From positions 1 through 34,685 of the forward strand of contig JAYOTF010000036.1 in assembly GCA_038150265.1 (NCBI GenBank): DNA of 34,685 nucleotides, in the 5' to 3' direction. This document shows positions 33,864-34,685 of this stretch, piece after piece; within the stretch, counting starts at the first letter, position 1; every line of letters starts with the position of its first letter. A program made the position numbers and the translations under genes. The notes under the pieces are model-generated. The model was not told the DNA's origin and made no database searches. It saw only the letters and a list, made by a program, of their open reading frames with translations. This DNA is from Deltaproteobacteria bacterium (lineage in GTDB: Bacteria > SAR324 > NAC60-12).

Positions 33864-34634
33864 TTAACTCATCCAGTTGCCCCCGTCCACGTTGTAGGTT
33901 TGCGCCGTAATGTACCGTGCATCATCTGAGGCCAGAAAGACGGCCGGGTCCGCAATGTCTCGGGGCTCACCCATGCGTCCCAGCGGCACCGCTTCTCCCA
34001 CCAGGCGCTTCTTCTCTCCCAGTGGACGGTTCTCGTACTGGGCAAACAGCGAGTCCACGTGGTCCCACATTGGGGTGTCAATGACACCGGGGGCAATGGC
34101 ATTGACCCGGATCTGGTGCTTGGCCAGCTCCAGCGCCAGCGACTGCGTCACGCTGATGATCGCCGCCTTGGTGGCACAGTAGAGCACAATGTATGGCTCT
34201 CCCCGCCGTCCGGCCTGAGACGAAAAGTTGATGATGGAACCGCCCCCCCGCTTGATCATGGACGGCACGGCTGCCTGACAGGTAAAGAGCGTCCCTGCCA
34301 CGTTGACGTCAAATTGGCGACGGTAACGCTCCTCGGTGACCTCTTCGAGGGCACACATGTCAAACACGCCCGCGTTGTTGACCAGCAGGTCAATGCCCCC
34401 GAAAGCCGCTTCTGTTGCGCTGACGGCGGCCTTGATGGAGTCCTGATTGGTCACATCCATCCGGACGCCCCGAGCCTGGTCGCCCAGCTCCTTTGCCAGC
34501 GCCTGAGCATCGTCCTCCAGCAGGTCGGCAATCATCACCTGAGCGCCCTCACGGACGTAGGCTTCTGCGATGCTCCGACCAATACCCCGAGCCGCTCCTG
34601 TAATCAGTGCGGCTTTTCCCTCTAAGCGTTTCAT
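33864..34634 (-). CDS. Sorbitol/L-iditol 2-dehydrogenase (SDR, SmoS/PolS-like)
   Basis: TGAARGIG, NNAG, SSQAGRRGE, YCATKAAIISVTQS, MWDHVDSLFAQYENRPLGEKKRLVGEAVPLGRMG, NVDGGNWMS; AAGGAG RBS. Confidence 0.92.
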   Translation of the reverse strand: MKRLEGKAALITGAARGIGRSIAEAYVREGAQVMIADLLEDDAQALAKELGDQARGVRMDVTNQDSIKAAVSATEAAFGGIDLLVNNAGVFDMCALEEVTEERYRRQFDVNVAGTLFTCQAAVPSMIKRGGGSIINFSSQAGRRGEPYIVLYCATKAAIISVTQSLALELAKHQIRVNAIAPGVIDTPMWDHVDSLFAQYENRPLGEKKRLVGEAVPLGRMGEPRDIADPAVFLASDDARYITAQTYNVDGGNWMS

Positions 34635-34685
34635 GAGATTCGATCTCCTTGTGAGTTGAATGAGTGGATCTTGTTTTCATGTGGC

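Overview
High-GC (roughly 62-64% by eye), gene-dense chromosomal segment of a probably Gram-negative bacterium; the lineage cannot be fixed from the sequence alone. About 32 CDS in four blocks. (1) 124-3752: oxidative-stress cluster, with rubrerythrin / Fe-S oxidoreductase / DUF3501 divergent from tpx-GNAT and a near-perfect OxyR-type box between them. (2) 3919-14775: housekeeping and envelope genes (stand-alone pheT, dgkA, moaD, wHTH regulator, GT9, SDR, PilN/GspL-like protein, stand-alone pfaD, small hypothetical, hisN, AI-2E). (3) 15160-26363: LacI-regulated beta-1,3-glucan (laminarin-type) locus with GH1, a peptide/nickel-family oligosaccharide ABC transporter and a lipoprotein GH81 carrying a ~200-aa inserted domain; a copy of the LacI-type operator lies inside the GH81 signal-peptide coding region. 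(4) 26376-34634: polyol/tagatose catabolic locus. The most striking unexplained signal is the palindrome TCCGGA, counted by hand about 100 times (about 12 expected from base composition) in all reading frames, reminiscent of a HIP1-like highly iterated palindrome. No rRNA, tRNA, CRISPR array or transposase was recognised.
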